A DNA stretch of 64,000 bases from an archaeon (GTDB taxonomy: Archaea; Thermoproteota; Nitrososphaeria; Conexivisphaerales; UBA164): positions 18,037 to 82,036 of the forward strand of contig JAJYTP010000003.1 in assembly GCA_021792955.1 (NCBI GenBank), given 5' to 3'. Position numbers and translations under genes: made by a program. This document shows positions 30,137 through 40,311 of this stretch, piece by piece (positions within the stretch are counted from its first letter, which is position 1; every line of letters starts with the position of its first letter). A model generated the notes under the pieces. The model was not told where the DNA came from and made no database searches. It worked only from the letters and a program-made list of their open reading frames with translations.

Positions 30137-30295
30137 TCAGCACAAATTATATAATATATTCTGATCTAAGATTTTTTTATTAAAATATTTTGCAAATACA
30201 AGCTATAATATATTAATCCCTGAGATTTATCCATTCAGTGAGTTAATATAAATGATAAATAAAGTTAAATATGAACGCTAGATTCATATGATGAT

Positions 30296-30670
30296 ATGCT
30301 GCAGTGGGGCGGAGTCATAATCGACGTGGGGATCATCATGTTGATCGGCATCGCCGTTCCCATACTATCGTATCTTATAGGCAAGGCCCTCGCTTCCCCA
30401 GATTATCCATCAAAGACTCGCAGGTTCGAAAGCGGAAACGAACAGATCGGCAGGGCCAGGGGCATATTCCTTATGCAATATTACCCCTATGCGCTCCTTT
30501 TCATGACGGTGGAGCCATTTGTGGTATTCATATTTATACTGCTTCTAGTGCTCGGGGTGAGCACGACGATCGCCTTCGTTGTGGGCGTGGGGGTAATGGT
30601 TCCGTCTATGCTTTACGCTACGAAGAACGCAAAGGTGGCGGCGAGATGGGTGGTGGAGCAGACGGAGTAG
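30296..30670 (+). CDS. nuoA: Complex I-like oxidoreductase subunit A
   Basis: Three TM segments; RFESGN..QYY motif; first gene of the operon. Confidence 0.9.
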   Translation: MLQWGGVIIDVGIIMLIGIAVPILSYLIGKALASPDYPSKTRRFESGNEQIGRARGIFLMQYYPYALLFMTVEPFVVFIFILLLVLGVSTTIAFVVGVGVMVPSMLYATKNAKVAARWVVEQTE

Positions 30671-31230
30671 CCTACTTTGGAAATTTGGAGACGGTCTCCA
30701 AGAAGGCGGTCTCCTTTCTGAAGAAGCAAGGATATGTAAAATCAATGATAAATTGGGGAGACAAGTTTTCCCTCTGGCCCGTGCATCTTATGACCTCCTG
30801 TTGTGGTACCGAGTTTGCAGCTGCTTCCGGGCCTCGTTTTGATCTTGAGAGGCTGGGCTTTCTTCCATTTGGGGGCCCACGTCAGACTAACCTCATAGTG
30901 ATCGAAGGCACAACCACGCTCAAGATGGCCCGAAGCGTAAGGATAGTCTGGGAGCAGATGCCGGCGCCAAAATGGGTCATAGCTATGGGGGCCTGCGCTA
31001 TGGATGGCGGTATATTCTATGATAGTTATAATACCGTTCCGGCCAAGGATATAGTTCCCATCGATATTTTTTTAGCCGGTTGTCCGCCTAGGCCCGAAGC
31101 GCTAGCCAGGGCTGTTGTTATGCTCCAGGAAAGCATAGTTAAGAATCGTCCTCCAGCGGCCGATATCCAGGTGACAGCAGCGCCCGCAACACCAGGTCCC
31201 AAGGATGTGGTCGAGGCGGTGTCCAAGTGA
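30646..31230 (+). CDS. nuoB: Complex I-like oxidoreductase subunit B
   Basis: TSCCGTE, PRQ, MGACAMDGG and GCPPRPE. Start probably ATG 30646. Confidence 0.95.
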   Translation: MGGGADGVAYFGNLETVSKKAVSFLKKQGYVKSMINWGDKFSLWPVHLMTSCCGTEFAAASGPRFDLERLGFLPFGGPRQTNLIVIEGTTTLKMARSVRIVWEQMPAPKWVIAMGACAMDGGIFYDSYNTVPAKDIVPIDIFLAGCPPRPEALARAVVMLQESIVKNRPPAADIQVTAAPATPGPKDVVEAVSK

Positions 31231-31688
31231 CGGCCGCAAGCCGGGTCATCACGGGGATCACCTTTACCACCGATGAAGCCAAGGGAATATTCGAAGTTGA
31301 AGCGTCTGATGGCGCCCATCTGCTGGACCTTGCGACCCGGCTTAAGGCCGCTGGGTTTGACCACTGCCTTTCGGTGACCGCCGAGGACCTTGGTGATAGG
31401 CTGGCCGTGCTATGGCACATATCCAGTTACACTAACAGGGAGCTTTCCGGCATGAACGCCCAAATTAGGCTGGTCGTATCCAAATCAGATAATGTCGAAG
31501 TTCCAACGCTAACCGGCATCTGGGAGAGCGCCAATTTCCTGGAGAGAGAAACTTATGAAATGTTTGGAGTAGTGTTTAAGGGCCATCCCGATATGAGGCG
31601 TCTGTTACTTCCTGATGACTTCACTGGCAAGTGGCCTATGAGGAAGGATTTTCCATTGAAAAAAACTCCGTGGAGGGTGCAAAAATGA
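31227..31688 (+). CDS. nuoC: Complex I-like oxidoreductase subunit C
   Basis: ANFLERETYEMFGVVFKGHPDMRRLL..PMRKDF. Confidence 0.95.
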   Translation: MTAASRVITGITFTTDEAKGIFEVEASDGAHLLDLATRLKAAGFDHCLSVTAEDLGDRLAVLWHISSYTNRELSGMNAQIRLVVSKSDNVEVPTLTGIWESANFLERETYEMFGVVFKGHPDMRRLLLPDDFTGKWPMRKDFPLKKTPWRVQK

Positions 31689-32911
31689 GCGCGCCCCAGG
31701 ACCGGACAGCTACGGCCAACCTGACTTACGATGAGCTGGCAGGACTGAAGGCTGACCGGGAACTGGTGCTGCTGATAGGCCCAGCTCACCCAGGCTCCGG
31801 GCATATGAAGATTAAGGTATGGATGGATGGCGATATAATCCAGAGGGTTGACCCCGACATCGGTTTCGTGCATCGTACCACGGAAAAGCTGAGCGAGAAC
31901 CGCCTATATATCAAGGCCATTCCCATTGTGGAACGGGTTATGCTGCCCGACACCATCAATGCCAATCTGGCGTATGTCATAGCCCTGGAAAGGCTGTTGG
32001 GAATAGAGCCGACCCCCCGTGCACAGTATCTCAGGACGCTGACGTCCGAAATCAACAGGATAACGAGCCATCTTTACGGAATAGGGCTGTACGGAATATT
32101 CCTCGGTTCATCGACGGTGTATATGTGGGCCTTTGCAGACAGGGAGCCCCTCATAGACTTGATCGAAGAGATCAGCGGCGCAAGGATAACCTATTCATAC
32201 ATAATTCCCGGCGGGGTCCGATGGGATCTGCCAGCAGGTTTCAAAGAAAGGGCGGAAACGGTGCTGCAGTACATGGAGGCCAGGCTGAAGGACTATGGAA
32301 AGATCTGGGTCAGGAATCCGGTTGTGATGGATAGGACCGAGGGGGTTGGCGTCGTAAGCAAATCAGACGCCATCCGCCTTGGGATAACCGGGCCAAACCT
32401 GAGGGCGTCTGGGGTTGATTACGATACAAGAAGGGCCAAACCATATGCTGCATACCCTAACCTCGACTTCGAAGTCCCTACATTCAGTGAGGGGGACTGC
32501 TATGCCAGGTTGCTTCAGAGGGTCGAGGAGATAGAGCAGAGCATCAGGATCATAAGGCAGGTGCTAAAGGATATCCCTGATGGCAGGATAATCAGCGACG
32601 ATATCTACTCAAAGATGAACCCGCTCCAGAAGAGGATGTATGAAATGAAACACCGGGTGATGTTTCCCGCGTATATGGCCAGCATGAGGCCTGCGGCCGG
32701 AAGGTCAACGGCGAGCGTGGAAGCCGGGCGGGGGGAGATCTTTTTCTACCTGGTAAGTAACGGGGATAAGGTGCCGTTCAGGTTCAGATGGGTGACCCCT
32801 TCGTTTCTCAACCTCCCGTTCTTCACACATGTGATGGTAGGGCAGCACCTTGCCGACCTGCCTGCGATATACGGCAGCTCCGACTACTTCCCTCCGGAGG
32901 CTGACAGGTAA
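31685..32911 (+). CDS. nuoD: Complex I-like oxidoreductase subunit D
   Basis: GPAHPGSGH, GFVHR, EINRITSH, GPNLRASG and EAGRGE. No Ni-binding CxxC, so not a hydrogenase. Start ATG 31685. Confidence 0.95.
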   Translation: MSAPQDRTATANLTYDELAGLKADRELVLLIGPAHPGSGHMKIKVWMDGDIIQRVDPDIGFVHRTTEKLSENRLYIKAIPIVERVMLPDTINANLAYVIALERLLGIEPTPRAQYLRTLTSEINRITSHLYGIGLYGIFLGSSTVYMWAFADREPLIDLIEEISGARITYSYIIPGGVRWDLPAGFKERAETVLQYMEARLKDYGKIWVRNPVVMDRTEGVGVVSKSDAIRLGITGPNLRASGVDYDTRRAKPYAAYPNLDFEVPTFSEGDCYARLLQRVEEIEQSIRIIRQVLKDIPDGRIISDDIYSKMNPLQKRMYEMKHRVMFPAYMASMRPAAGRSTASVEAGRGEIFFYLVSNGDKVPFRFRWVTPSFLNLPFFTHVMVGQHLADLPAIYGSSDYFPPEADR

Positions 32912-33976
32912 ATGATTCAAATCCTCTCCCTGTTGATGTCGGTTTCATTGGTGTCGTTCATCGAATACATCCTGCCGCCGATCCTTTACATAATAGTCTT
33001 CCCTGGGCTTATAGTTGTCCTGCTGATGCTCTTCTTTATGATATGGCTGGAAAGGAAGGTTGCAGCAAAGACACAGCTGAGGTTTGGGCCCCTCTACGTT
33101 TCGAAGAGGTTTGGAGGCGTAATTCAAACCGTGGCGGACCTGATACGCTTTAGCTTCCAGGAATTCATAATTCCAGCCGGCGCCGACGTCTTCGCCTATA
33201 TTCAGGCTCCGGGCTTGCTCATGGCGTTCGGGCTTCTTCCTCTGATATTTATTCCGGTTGGCCCCTATTATGCGAACATCTTTCCGGCCAACTATTCACT
33301 GCTGATCGTAGTTCCTCTCATAATAATAACGCCAATTTACGTCATACTCCTGGGATGGGCCAGCGATAACAAGTTTTCATTTGTAGGTTCGATGAGGGAG
33401 GCATTCCTTGTCATATCCTATGAGATCCCATTAATCCTCTCCATCCTTTCTATGATACTTCTTTATGGAAGCGTCAACGCGATCAACGGAGTGAGCTTTC
33501 AGATAGGAAGGGGCATACCGGGAATCGTGCTAAACCCCATAGCCGCCTTCCTCTTCTTGGTGGTGATGATAAGGACCACCGGCCGATTTCCATTTGAAAT
33601 AAGCGAAGCTGAAAGCGAGGTTGTCATGGGCCCGTATACAGAGTACAGTGCGCTGTTCTTTGGGATAGGGATGAGCCTGCCGTACATCGAGCTCTATTCG
33701 TTCAGCCTGCTCTTTTCCGTGCTGTTCCTGGGAGGGTGGTGGCCTATTGTACCTTCTGCGGCAGCGGCCTCAGGGGTGGTGGGCGGGCTCCTGCTGCCGG
33801 GCCTGGTGGTCTTTATAAAGGCGCTGATCGTGATGGCTTTCCTTGTGTTTTTAAGGGCCGTATACCCAAGGTACAGGATAGATCAGGCGATAACGGTTGG
33901 CTGGGATCAGGCGGTGTACCTTGGATTTGCGGCTGTGGCACTTTCAATGGCGCTAGTTTGGAGTGGTCTGGTTTGA
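32912..33976 (+). CDS. nuoH: Complex I-like oxidoreductase subunit H
   Basis: WLERK..QLRFGP, SYEIP, RFPFEISEAESE and PRYRIDQ. Confidence 0.95.
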   Translation: MIQILSLLMSVSLVSFIEYILPPILYIIVFPGLIVVLLMLFFMIWLERKVAAKTQLRFGPLYVSKRFGGVIQTVADLIRFSFQEFIIPAGADVFAYIQAPGLLMAFGLLPLIFIPVGPYYANIFPANYSLLIVVPLIIITPIYVILLGWASDNKFSFVGSMREAFLVISYEIPLILSILSMILLYGSVNAINGVSFQIGRGIPGIVLNPIAAFLFLVVMIRTTGRFPFEISEAESEVVMGPYTEYSALFFGIGMSLPYIELYSFSLLFSVLFLGGWWPIVPSAAAASGVVGGLLLPGLVVFIKALIVMAFLVFLRAVYPRYRIDQAITVGWDQAVYLGFAAVALSMALVWSGLV

Positions 33977-34527
33977 CTGGGCGAAAAAATAACCGTATAA
34001 AGGGACATGTCGACGCGTTAGCCACCGGCTTCAAATACCTGGCCGAGCCCAACAGGATGACGCTGAACTACCCGGACGAATCCATGAATCTCAAGGATAA
34101 CTACAGGGGGTTCTTCGCAGTTAAGGATAAAACGTGCATAGGGTGCAGCCTGTGTGAGATAGTCTGCCCACCGAAGGCCATCTCCATGCTTGACCTGACC
34201 GATGCCGGAGGAAAGAAGAAGAAGAGGCCGATGATCGACTGGGGTCTCTGCATATTCTGCTATTTCTGCGTAGACATATGTCCTACAGATGCCTTCCAGA
34301 CTTCGCAGGTTCATGATAAGGCCTTCTACTCGGAAACCGAATATCAAACGGTCCATGGCGAGCCGATGCAGTATCCTTATGACTACAGTAAGCGGCCTGA
34401 TTATAAGGAAATATATGAATCATTTCATGATGTAGCGCCGGACGATCCGTCGGCCGGCTCGAAAAAGGTGGTTCCAAAGTTCGACAAAAAGAGGGGGATA
34501 AAATATGAGCATCCTGGTCAGCCTTAG
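33973..34527 (+). CDS. nuoI: Complex I-like oxidoreductase subunit I (2x[4Fe-4S])
   Basis: TLNYP, CIGCSLCEIVCP and CIFCYFCVDICP. Start probably TTG 33973. Confidence 0.93.
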   Translation: MTGRKNNRIKGHVDALATGFKYLAEPNRMTLNYPDESMNLKDNYRGFFAVKDKTCIGCSLCEIVCPPKAISMLDLTDAGGKKKKRPMIDWGLCIFCYFCVDICPTDAFQTSQVHDKAFYSETEYQTVHGEPMQYPYDYSKRPDYKEIYESFHDVAPDDPSAGSKKVVPKFDKKRGIKYEHPGQP

Positions 34528-34984
34528 CGTCATTGCCTCTTCAGTGGCCGCAGTAGCCTTCTCCTGGCTGACTGTAACCCACAGGTCTTTGATTTATTCG
34601 GCCCTGTTTCTTTCGCTGCTGGGCCTGGCCAATGCTGCCATCTTTTTCATCCTGGGCTTCATCCTGGTCGCCTTCATGCAGATAATAATCTATGTTGGCG
34701 CCGCCGTCCTGTTCATAATAATGTCGGTATCAATGATGAAGGAGCCTCCAAAGATGTACATGGGTGTCAAGTATGCGGCGTTTGGCGCTGCAGCCGCGCT
34801 GGCCATAGTTTTCTTTCTGGTGCTGTTCGCCGGCTCGCGCCTTTCACTGGCTCCCATCTCCGTGAGCATTACATCCATGGTCAACTACTTGGTCAGCTAT
34901 GGTTATGCCGGCCTGATCGTCCTATTTATCATGTTGAGCATAGCGCTTCTGGCTTCAATAGCCATAGTTAGGAGGGATGACTGA
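34505..34984 (+). CDS. nuoJ: Complex I-like oxidoreductase subunit J
   Basis: QIIIYVGA motif; five TM segments. Confidence 0.9.
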   Translation: MSILVSLSVIASSVAAVAFSWLTVTHRSLIYSALFLSLLGLANAAIFFILGFILVAFMQIIIYVGAAVLFIIMSVSMMKEPPKMYMGVKYAAFGAAAALAIVFFLVLFAGSRLSLAPISVSITSMVNYLVSYGYAGLIVLFIMLSIALLASIAIVRRDD

Positions 34985-34989
34985 GCATC

Positions 34990-35307
34990 ATGAACCCTGT
35001 TTTCTATATCGTCCTTTTTACGTCTATATTCATGATCGGCATGGGTTTCGCAGGTTCTGTGGGAAACCGTAACCCGGTTAAGATGCTGCTATCCATAGAG
35101 GTTTCATTCAATGGGGTGCTGTTGCTGCTGCTGTATCTGGCTACGTCTTTGGATGCTGCGCTTCTGGGCGCCGACCTGTCCATACTGGCAATAGGCCTTT
35201 CAATAGGGGAAATAGCGATAATAATGAGCGTCATGATAGCGCTTTTCAGGGCAGGCATGATAAGGGAGCTAGATGAAAAGGAGTTCAGGGAGGAGGAGGC
35301 CGAATGA
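34990..35307 (+). CDS. nuoK: Complex I-like oxidoreductase subunit K
   Basis: NPVKMLLSIEVSFN; three TM segments. Confidence 0.9.
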   Translation: MNPVFYIVLFTSIFMIGMGFAGSVGNRNPVKMLLSIEVSFNGVLLLLLYLATSLDAALLGADLSILAIGLSIGEIAIIMSVMIALFRAGMIRELDEKEFREEEAE

Positions 35308-36788
35308 CAGTTACAGCATTGCCCCTTGGCCTCAGCGTCCTGCTGGTCCCCTTCGTGGTATCCGTCCTGCTGCTGGTGATAGGGGGAAGGCTCAGGCCGC
35401 GGCTTCTTGCGTACATATCTGCTGCTTCGCTGGGGGTGCCCTTAGTATTCACGTCCGCCGTCATGGCGCTTTACCGATCCTATAGCGCTACCCTGCTCGC
35501 CGTAGGAGGGCTCGGGTCATTTATGGTGGTCATAAACGGGCTGAACTGGCCGGTCCTCTTGGGTATAATGGCCGTGACCATGGCCATTGCTATATATTCA
35601 GTCCCCTATATGAAGAGGAGATTCGAAGAGCTCGGGAAGGAACACTGGGGCACGTATTTCTTCCTCTATACGTTTTTCTCCGCTTCTATGGTTGGGATCG
35701 TGGAGTCAAACAATTTTATAATGTTCTATCTGTTTCTTGAGCTGAGCCTGATAAGCTCTTTCCTGCTCATAGCCTTCTATGGATATGGGGACAGGGGCAG
35801 GGTTTCCTTCATATACCTAATATGGACCCATCTGGGTGCCTTCCTTTTCCTCCTTGGCGGTTTCATATACGGAATGGTCCTGGGAACCTTCAACTTCTAT
35901 CCCGTTCCCCCCAACCTGAGTTCCATATTCCCCTATGTATACGTGGTCATAGCGCTTATACTTCTTGGGCTGTTTATCAAGATGGCAATCTTCGGGGTGC
36001 ACGTATGGCTCCCCTATGCTCACGCTGAAGCGCCGACCCCGATATCAGCGCTGCTGTCGCCAGCGCTCATCGGGATCGGTGGATACGCGATCATCAGGAT
36101 CCCTTATATTTTGTTCTTTTCGTATATGATCAAGCTTCAGTGGGCGCTCATAGTGCTGGCGCTGGTTACCATAATATACAGCGGGCTTCTGACTTTCCAT
36201 CAGAAGGATCTAAAGCGGCTTCTGGCATATTCCAGCATAGCACAGATGGGATATATGCTCCTAGGAATTGCATCGTTCAATCCTCTTGGCATAGTTGGAG
36301 CGATCCTGCAGTTCTATGCGCACGCCGTCGGCAAATCACTTCTCTTCTCCTCCTCCGGTGCCATTATAACCGAAAACAATGGGTTAAGGGATATAACGAA
36401 GATGGGCGGCATGGCCAAGGAAATGCCTATGACAACCTCCATGGCTATGTTGGGATTCATGGACATATCGGGCCTTCCCCCAACCGTGGGCTTCTTCAGC
36501 AAGCTGTTCATCCTGCTGGGCGTAGGCAGCTTCCTGGTTAATTCAGGCGTATACGGCTTCATCATGCTGATATTCCTCGTAGTGGGGTTCGGCATAACCC
36601 CTGCATATTCCTTCACGGCCATGAAAAGGGTCTTCTTCGGACCGTCGAGGAAGGGGTTCAAGGACGCGGGCCTGATGATGCTGGCTCCGCTTATCTTCAT
36701 AGCTATACTCGGCATAATCACCTTTATTTTTCCAGGATTGCTGATCACGCCGCTCTACCTTTATGTGCATTCTCTTATGGGGGGCTAA
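35304..36788 (+). CDS. nuoM: Complex I-like oxidoreductase subunit M
   Basis: HVWLPYAHAEAPTPISALL and DLKRLLAYSSIAQMG. Confidence 0.93.
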   Translation: MTVTALPLGLSVLLVPFVVSVLLLVIGGRLRPRLLAYISAASLGVPLVFTSAVMALYRSYSATLLAVGGLGSFMVVINGLNWPVLLGIMAVTMAIAIYSVPYMKRRFEELGKEHWGTYFFLYTFFSASMVGIVESNNFIMFYLFLELSLISSFLLIAFYGYGDRGRVSFIYLIWTHLGAFLFLLGGFIYGMVLGTFNFYPVPPNLSSIFPYVYVVIALILLGLFIKMAIFGVHVWLPYAHAEAPTPISALLSPALIGIGGYAIIRIPYILFFSYMIKLQWALIVLALVTIIYSGLLTFHQKDLKRLLAYSSIAQMGYMLLGIASFNPLGIVGAILQFYAHAVGKSLLFSSSGAIITENNGLRDITKMGGMAKEMPMTTSMAMLGFMDISGLPPTVGFFSKLFILLGVGSFLVNSGVYGFIMLIFLVVGFGITPAYSFTAMKRVFFGPSRKGFKDAGLMMLAPLIFIAILGIITFIFPGLLITPLYLYVHSLMGG

Positions 36789-36791
36789 AGC

Positions 36792-38789
36792 ATGAACTAT
36801 CTTCCTTACCTTATCTGGGCCTCGCCCTTTGTGGCTTCCGCCCTTGTGCTGGCGCTGCACAACAGGAAGGCTGCCGGGGGCATCTCCATTGGATCAATAG
36901 CCATAGCCACCCTTATATCAACCTATGAGCTGGCCGGCCTGAGCGGCCATCCGGTGGTTCTGAATATCAGCTGGTTCTCCCTGGGTGCCCTTCAGGTAAA
37001 CTTGGGCATGCTGATGGACGGGCTCTCCACCATCATGGCTCTGGTAGTGGCAGTGATATCCCTGCTGATATCGATATACAGCTACAGGTACATGGAAGAC
37101 GATGATGGAATAAACAGGTACTGGTTCTTCTTTACGTTCTTCGTAGGCTCCATGTTGCTCCTTGTCCTCAGTAATAACCTGCTGCTGCTGCTGATAGGCT
37201 GGGAGGGTACCACACTTTCTTCGTACGCGCTAATAGGGCACTGGTACACGGACGAGCCTGAAAGGTGGGTGGGTGATGCAGACAGGCACGCGCTAGGCGT
37301 GCCGGCCTGGTCAACACCAAGTGAGGCGGCCATAAGGGCCATTGTATTTACTTCCCTTGCTGACGTTGCGTTCATAACCGCCATAGGCATGCTTTATTCA
37401 GTATCGGGGACCTTCAGCATAAGCGTTCTTGCCTCTTCCATGCCGCATGTGCTGGCCGTGATGCAGAGCAGGGGGATACTGATCCCATTTCTGATAGCCT
37501 TCTCCCTCGGCGCATTTGCAAAATCGGCCCAGTTCCCATTCCATGAGTGGCTGGTAACTGCAATGACCGGGCCCAGCAGCATAAGCGCGCTCATACACGC
37601 TGCTACAATGGTTAACGCAGGCGTTTATCTGTTGCTCAGGTTCACCCCCATGTTCATAAGCGGTTCCCTGGCGGATGGCCTGTCGGCCCAGATCGAGCCT
37701 TTCTTCATCTACATGCTAATAATTGGAGCCCTTACGGCCTTCATGATGGCCAGCCAGGCAACTGTAGCAAAGGAGCTTAAGCTGATCCTTGCATATTCCA
37801 CCGCATCCCAGATCGGCTATATGTTCATGGCCATAGGGGCCTCCTTCTTCATCTTGCCAACGGTGGCACTGTTTGCCGCCTTCTCGCATATGATCAGCCA
37901 GGCTATATTTAAGGCGGCGCTCTTCCTTGTAGCTGGGGTTCTGATTCACCAGTTCGGATCCAGGTACATAGGGGATATGCGTGGGATCTGGAAATACATG
38001 AAGTACTCTTCAATAGCCTTCTTCCTGGCAGCGCTTTCCCTCTCGGGCATACCCCCATTTTCCGGCTTCTGGGATAAGGACCTTATCCTTGACCTGACAT
38101 CGTCAGCCGGACTCTGGGCCGCCTATGCGGTGGGAATGGTTGTGGCCTTCCTGACGGCCTTCTACATTTTCAGGGTGATAGTTATGACCTTCCAGGCTGG
38201 GCCAAGGGGGGAGGTGAAGGAGGCAAAAAGAAGCATGATGTGGCCATACCTGTTGCTTGGAGTGGCGGCACTGCTGTTCGGTATCCTTTGGCCCTATGCT
38301 CTGGGAAACATCTCTGGTCGGATCTACATCGCCATGACCTTCGATTCGATAATCAAGTGGGCCCCCGCTCAGGTGGTGTCTCAGATTCCGTTCAACTTGG
38401 TGATGTCAGTCCCATCGGTGGCAGTGAGCCTAACGGGGGTATTCCTTGCGTATTTCCTGTACAGGGGTGGAAAGCAGCCGTCTATTTCGAAGGGCAAGGC
38501 CGGAGGGATGTTCGGCGCGATATACGCCTTCTTCTATGACAGGTGGTTCATAAACGCCGTCTACTACAGGGTTTTTGTTAACGGCCTTTCGGAGCTGTCA
38601 ACCTTACTGGGGGTTTTCGTCGAGGCTAAGTTCTTTGATGGCATATATCATAATTATATCCCGAACGCGTTAGCCAGGGTGAGTGGAAGGTTCAGGAGGT
38701 TGCAGTCGGGCGATTTCGACCGTTTTATAGGGCTGATGTTCCTTGGCCTGCTGGCGTTAATCATAATATTTCTTATATTTTTGAGGTGA
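36792..38789 (+). CDS. nuoL: Complex I-like oxidoreductase subunit L
   Basis: GWEG, KSAQFPFHEWL..AMTGP..SALIHAATMV, and a C-terminal lateral helix. Confidence 0.95.
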   Translation: MNYLPYLIWASPFVASALVLALHNRKAAGGISIGSIAIATLISTYELAGLSGHPVVLNISWFSLGALQVNLGMLMDGLSTIMALVVAVISLLISIYSYRYMEDDDGINRYWFFFTFFVGSMLLLVLSNNLLLLLIGWEGTTLSSYALIGHWYTDEPERWVGDADRHALGVPAWSTPSEAAIRAIVFTSLADVAFITAIGMLYSVSGTFSISVLASSMPHVLAVMQSRGILIPFLIAFSLGAFAKSAQFPFHEWLVTAMTGPSSISALIHAATMVNAGVYLLLRFTPMFISGSLADGLSAQIEPFFIYMLIIGALTAFMMASQATVAKELKLILAYSTASQIGYMFMAIGASFFILPTVALFAAFSHMISQAIFKAALFLVAGVLIHQFGSRYIGDMRGIWKYMKYSSIAFFLAALSLSGIPPFSGFWDKDLILDLTSSAGLWAAYAVGMVVAFLTAFYIFRVIVMTFQAGPRGEVKEAKRSMMWPYLLLGVAALLFGILWPYALGNISGRIYIAMTFDSIIKWAPAQVVSQIPFNLVMSVPSVAVSLTGVFLAYFLYRGGKQPSISKGKAGGMFGAIYAFFYDRWFINAVYYRVFVNGLSELSTLLGVFVEAKFFDGIYHNYIPNALARVSGRFRRLQSGDFDRFIGLMFLGLLALIIIFLIFLR

Positions 38790-38790
38790 T

Positions 38791-40233
38791 ATGGAAATGC
38801 AAATAATTTTGTTCTACTCGATCGCCCCGCTCGTAATAGCAGGCCTGCTGATTCCACTGCTACGTAACAGGCAATACATCAAAATGAAGGGGATCATAGG
38901 GGCCGCGGCCTTGGTCATAACCCTCGGCATCTGGGCGTATGAGTATTTCTCAGGCGCCATTTCCAGCTGGTTGATCTCCAGTTCCCCCGTGAGCGAACTG
39001 GCGCGCTATTTCCTGCCTGACTGGCTATCCCTTTTGGTTGCCGTTGTAGCTGTTATGGGCGGGCTGTTAGCCCTGCCCCTGGCCAGAAGGCTCACCGGCA
39101 ACCAGACCGTATACATTTCCATCGTGCTGGTAGGCGTGGGCGGGACCATCGTGCTCGCATCAACACTGAACCCATTCCTCATAGTAGCATCGTGGGGACT
39201 GGTATCGGTGGCCAGCTACGCGCTGGCATCTATAGCTAAGGACAGGGATTCGCTTATCAACTCCGTGAAGTACGCCATTATGGGCGCAATCGCGTTTCAG
39301 TTCCTTGTAATAGCTGTCTTCCTGATCTATTCCTCCATTGGGAACCCTTCCGGAGCCCTCCTGTTAGACCTGGGGTTGCTCCTTTTGATGGCGGCCATAG
39401 GTTTCAAGATCGGAATCCCACCATTTCATATGTGGCTGCCGGACCTATACGGATATTCTGAACCTCTTTCGGTAGCCCCGCTGTCCGCCATAATGAAGCT
39501 GGGGCCGATTGCGCTGCTCCTGAGGCTTATGCTTGCCCAGGCGCCGTCCGGGCCTGAAATGGGAGCGCTCCTTGCGGTGTTGGTTGTCCTTTCGATCGTT
39601 GCCATGACGTTCGGCAACGTGACGGCGCTGGTACAGAAGAACATCCAGAGGATGATGGCTTATAGCAGCATGGCTCAGGTTGGATATATGCTGATGGCCA
39701 TCACGGTAGCCTTTGCGTCATTTTCCACCAGAGACTATACATCATTTTACTTTTCAGTGGGCGGACTGCTGATTTACCTGCTTGCCTATTCGGCGTCAAA
39801 AGCTGGGATATTTACGCTAATAAAGGGGGTAAGATCGGGCAGGGAGGTGACGTTAACGGATATCAGGGGACTTTCAGCTACCAATGGGGCGCAGTCAGCT
39901 TCATTTACCATTCTCCTTCTTAACCTGATAGGGCTTCCTCCACTTGTGGGCTTTTGGGGCAAGCTGCTGATCTTTGCATCGGCGGCGAACCCTGAATTGT
40001 CCTTCTTTTATATTGGCGGAGTTCCGTGGTTCGCCCTGATAGGCATAATAAACAGCGTCATATCGGTGTTCTATTATATGAAAATAGTCAGGTCCATGTA
40101 CGGTGATTCCAAGAAGGTGCCTGGCTACGATGCGCCAGTGCGCAGGTTTGAAGGCCTTAATTGGGTGATATTTGCATCCACCATAATAGTAGTTGTTGTA
40201 GGGATAATAGTACCAGTGTTGCTTGTAATTTGA
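38791..40233 (+). CDS. nuoN: Complex I-like oxidoreductase subunit N
   Basis: FKIGIPPFHMWLPDLY, KNIQRMMAYSS and GLPPLVGFWGK. Confidence 0.93.
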   Translation: MEMQIILFYSIAPLVIAGLLIPLLRNRQYIKMKGIIGAAALVITLGIWAYEYFSGAISSWLISSSPVSELARYFLPDWLSLLVAVVAVMGGLLALPLARRLTGNQTVYISIVLVGVGGTIVLASTLNPFLIVASWGLVSVASYALASIAKDRDSLINSVKYAIMGAIAFQFLVIAVFLIYSSIGNPSGALLLDLGLLLLMAAIGFKIGIPPFHMWLPDLYGYSEPLSVAPLSAIMKLGPIALLLRLMLAQAPSGPEMGALLAVLVVLSIVAMTFGNVTALVQKNIQRMMAYSSMAQVGYMLMAITVAFASFSTRDYTSFYFSVGGLLIYLLAYSASKAGIFTLIKGVRSGREVTLTDIRGLSATNGAQSASFTILLLNLIGLPPLVGFWGKLLIFASAANPELSFFYIGGVPWFALIGIINSVISVFYYMKIVRSMYGDSKKVPGYDAPVRRFEGLNWVIFASTIIVVVVGIIVPVLLVI

Positions 40234-40311
40234 TTAGACATTACTAGCAATATTCTAATAGGAATAATAAGATAGGTTTTTATACAATAATGGAATAAGG
40301 GGGGGCTGTAA

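Noticed and set aside
30304..30645. Long N-terminal extensions given by the ORF track for nuoB (and likewise nuoI, gatE, porC, porD and the 45043 ORF)
   Set aside because: Most overlap the upstream gene, and none has family-like sequence. Downstream starts coupled to the preceding stop or matching the family N-terminus fit better.
31685..32911. Possibility that the nuo-like cluster is a membrane-bound [NiFe] hydrogenase
   Set aside because: The large subunit lacks both CxxC nickel-binding motifs.
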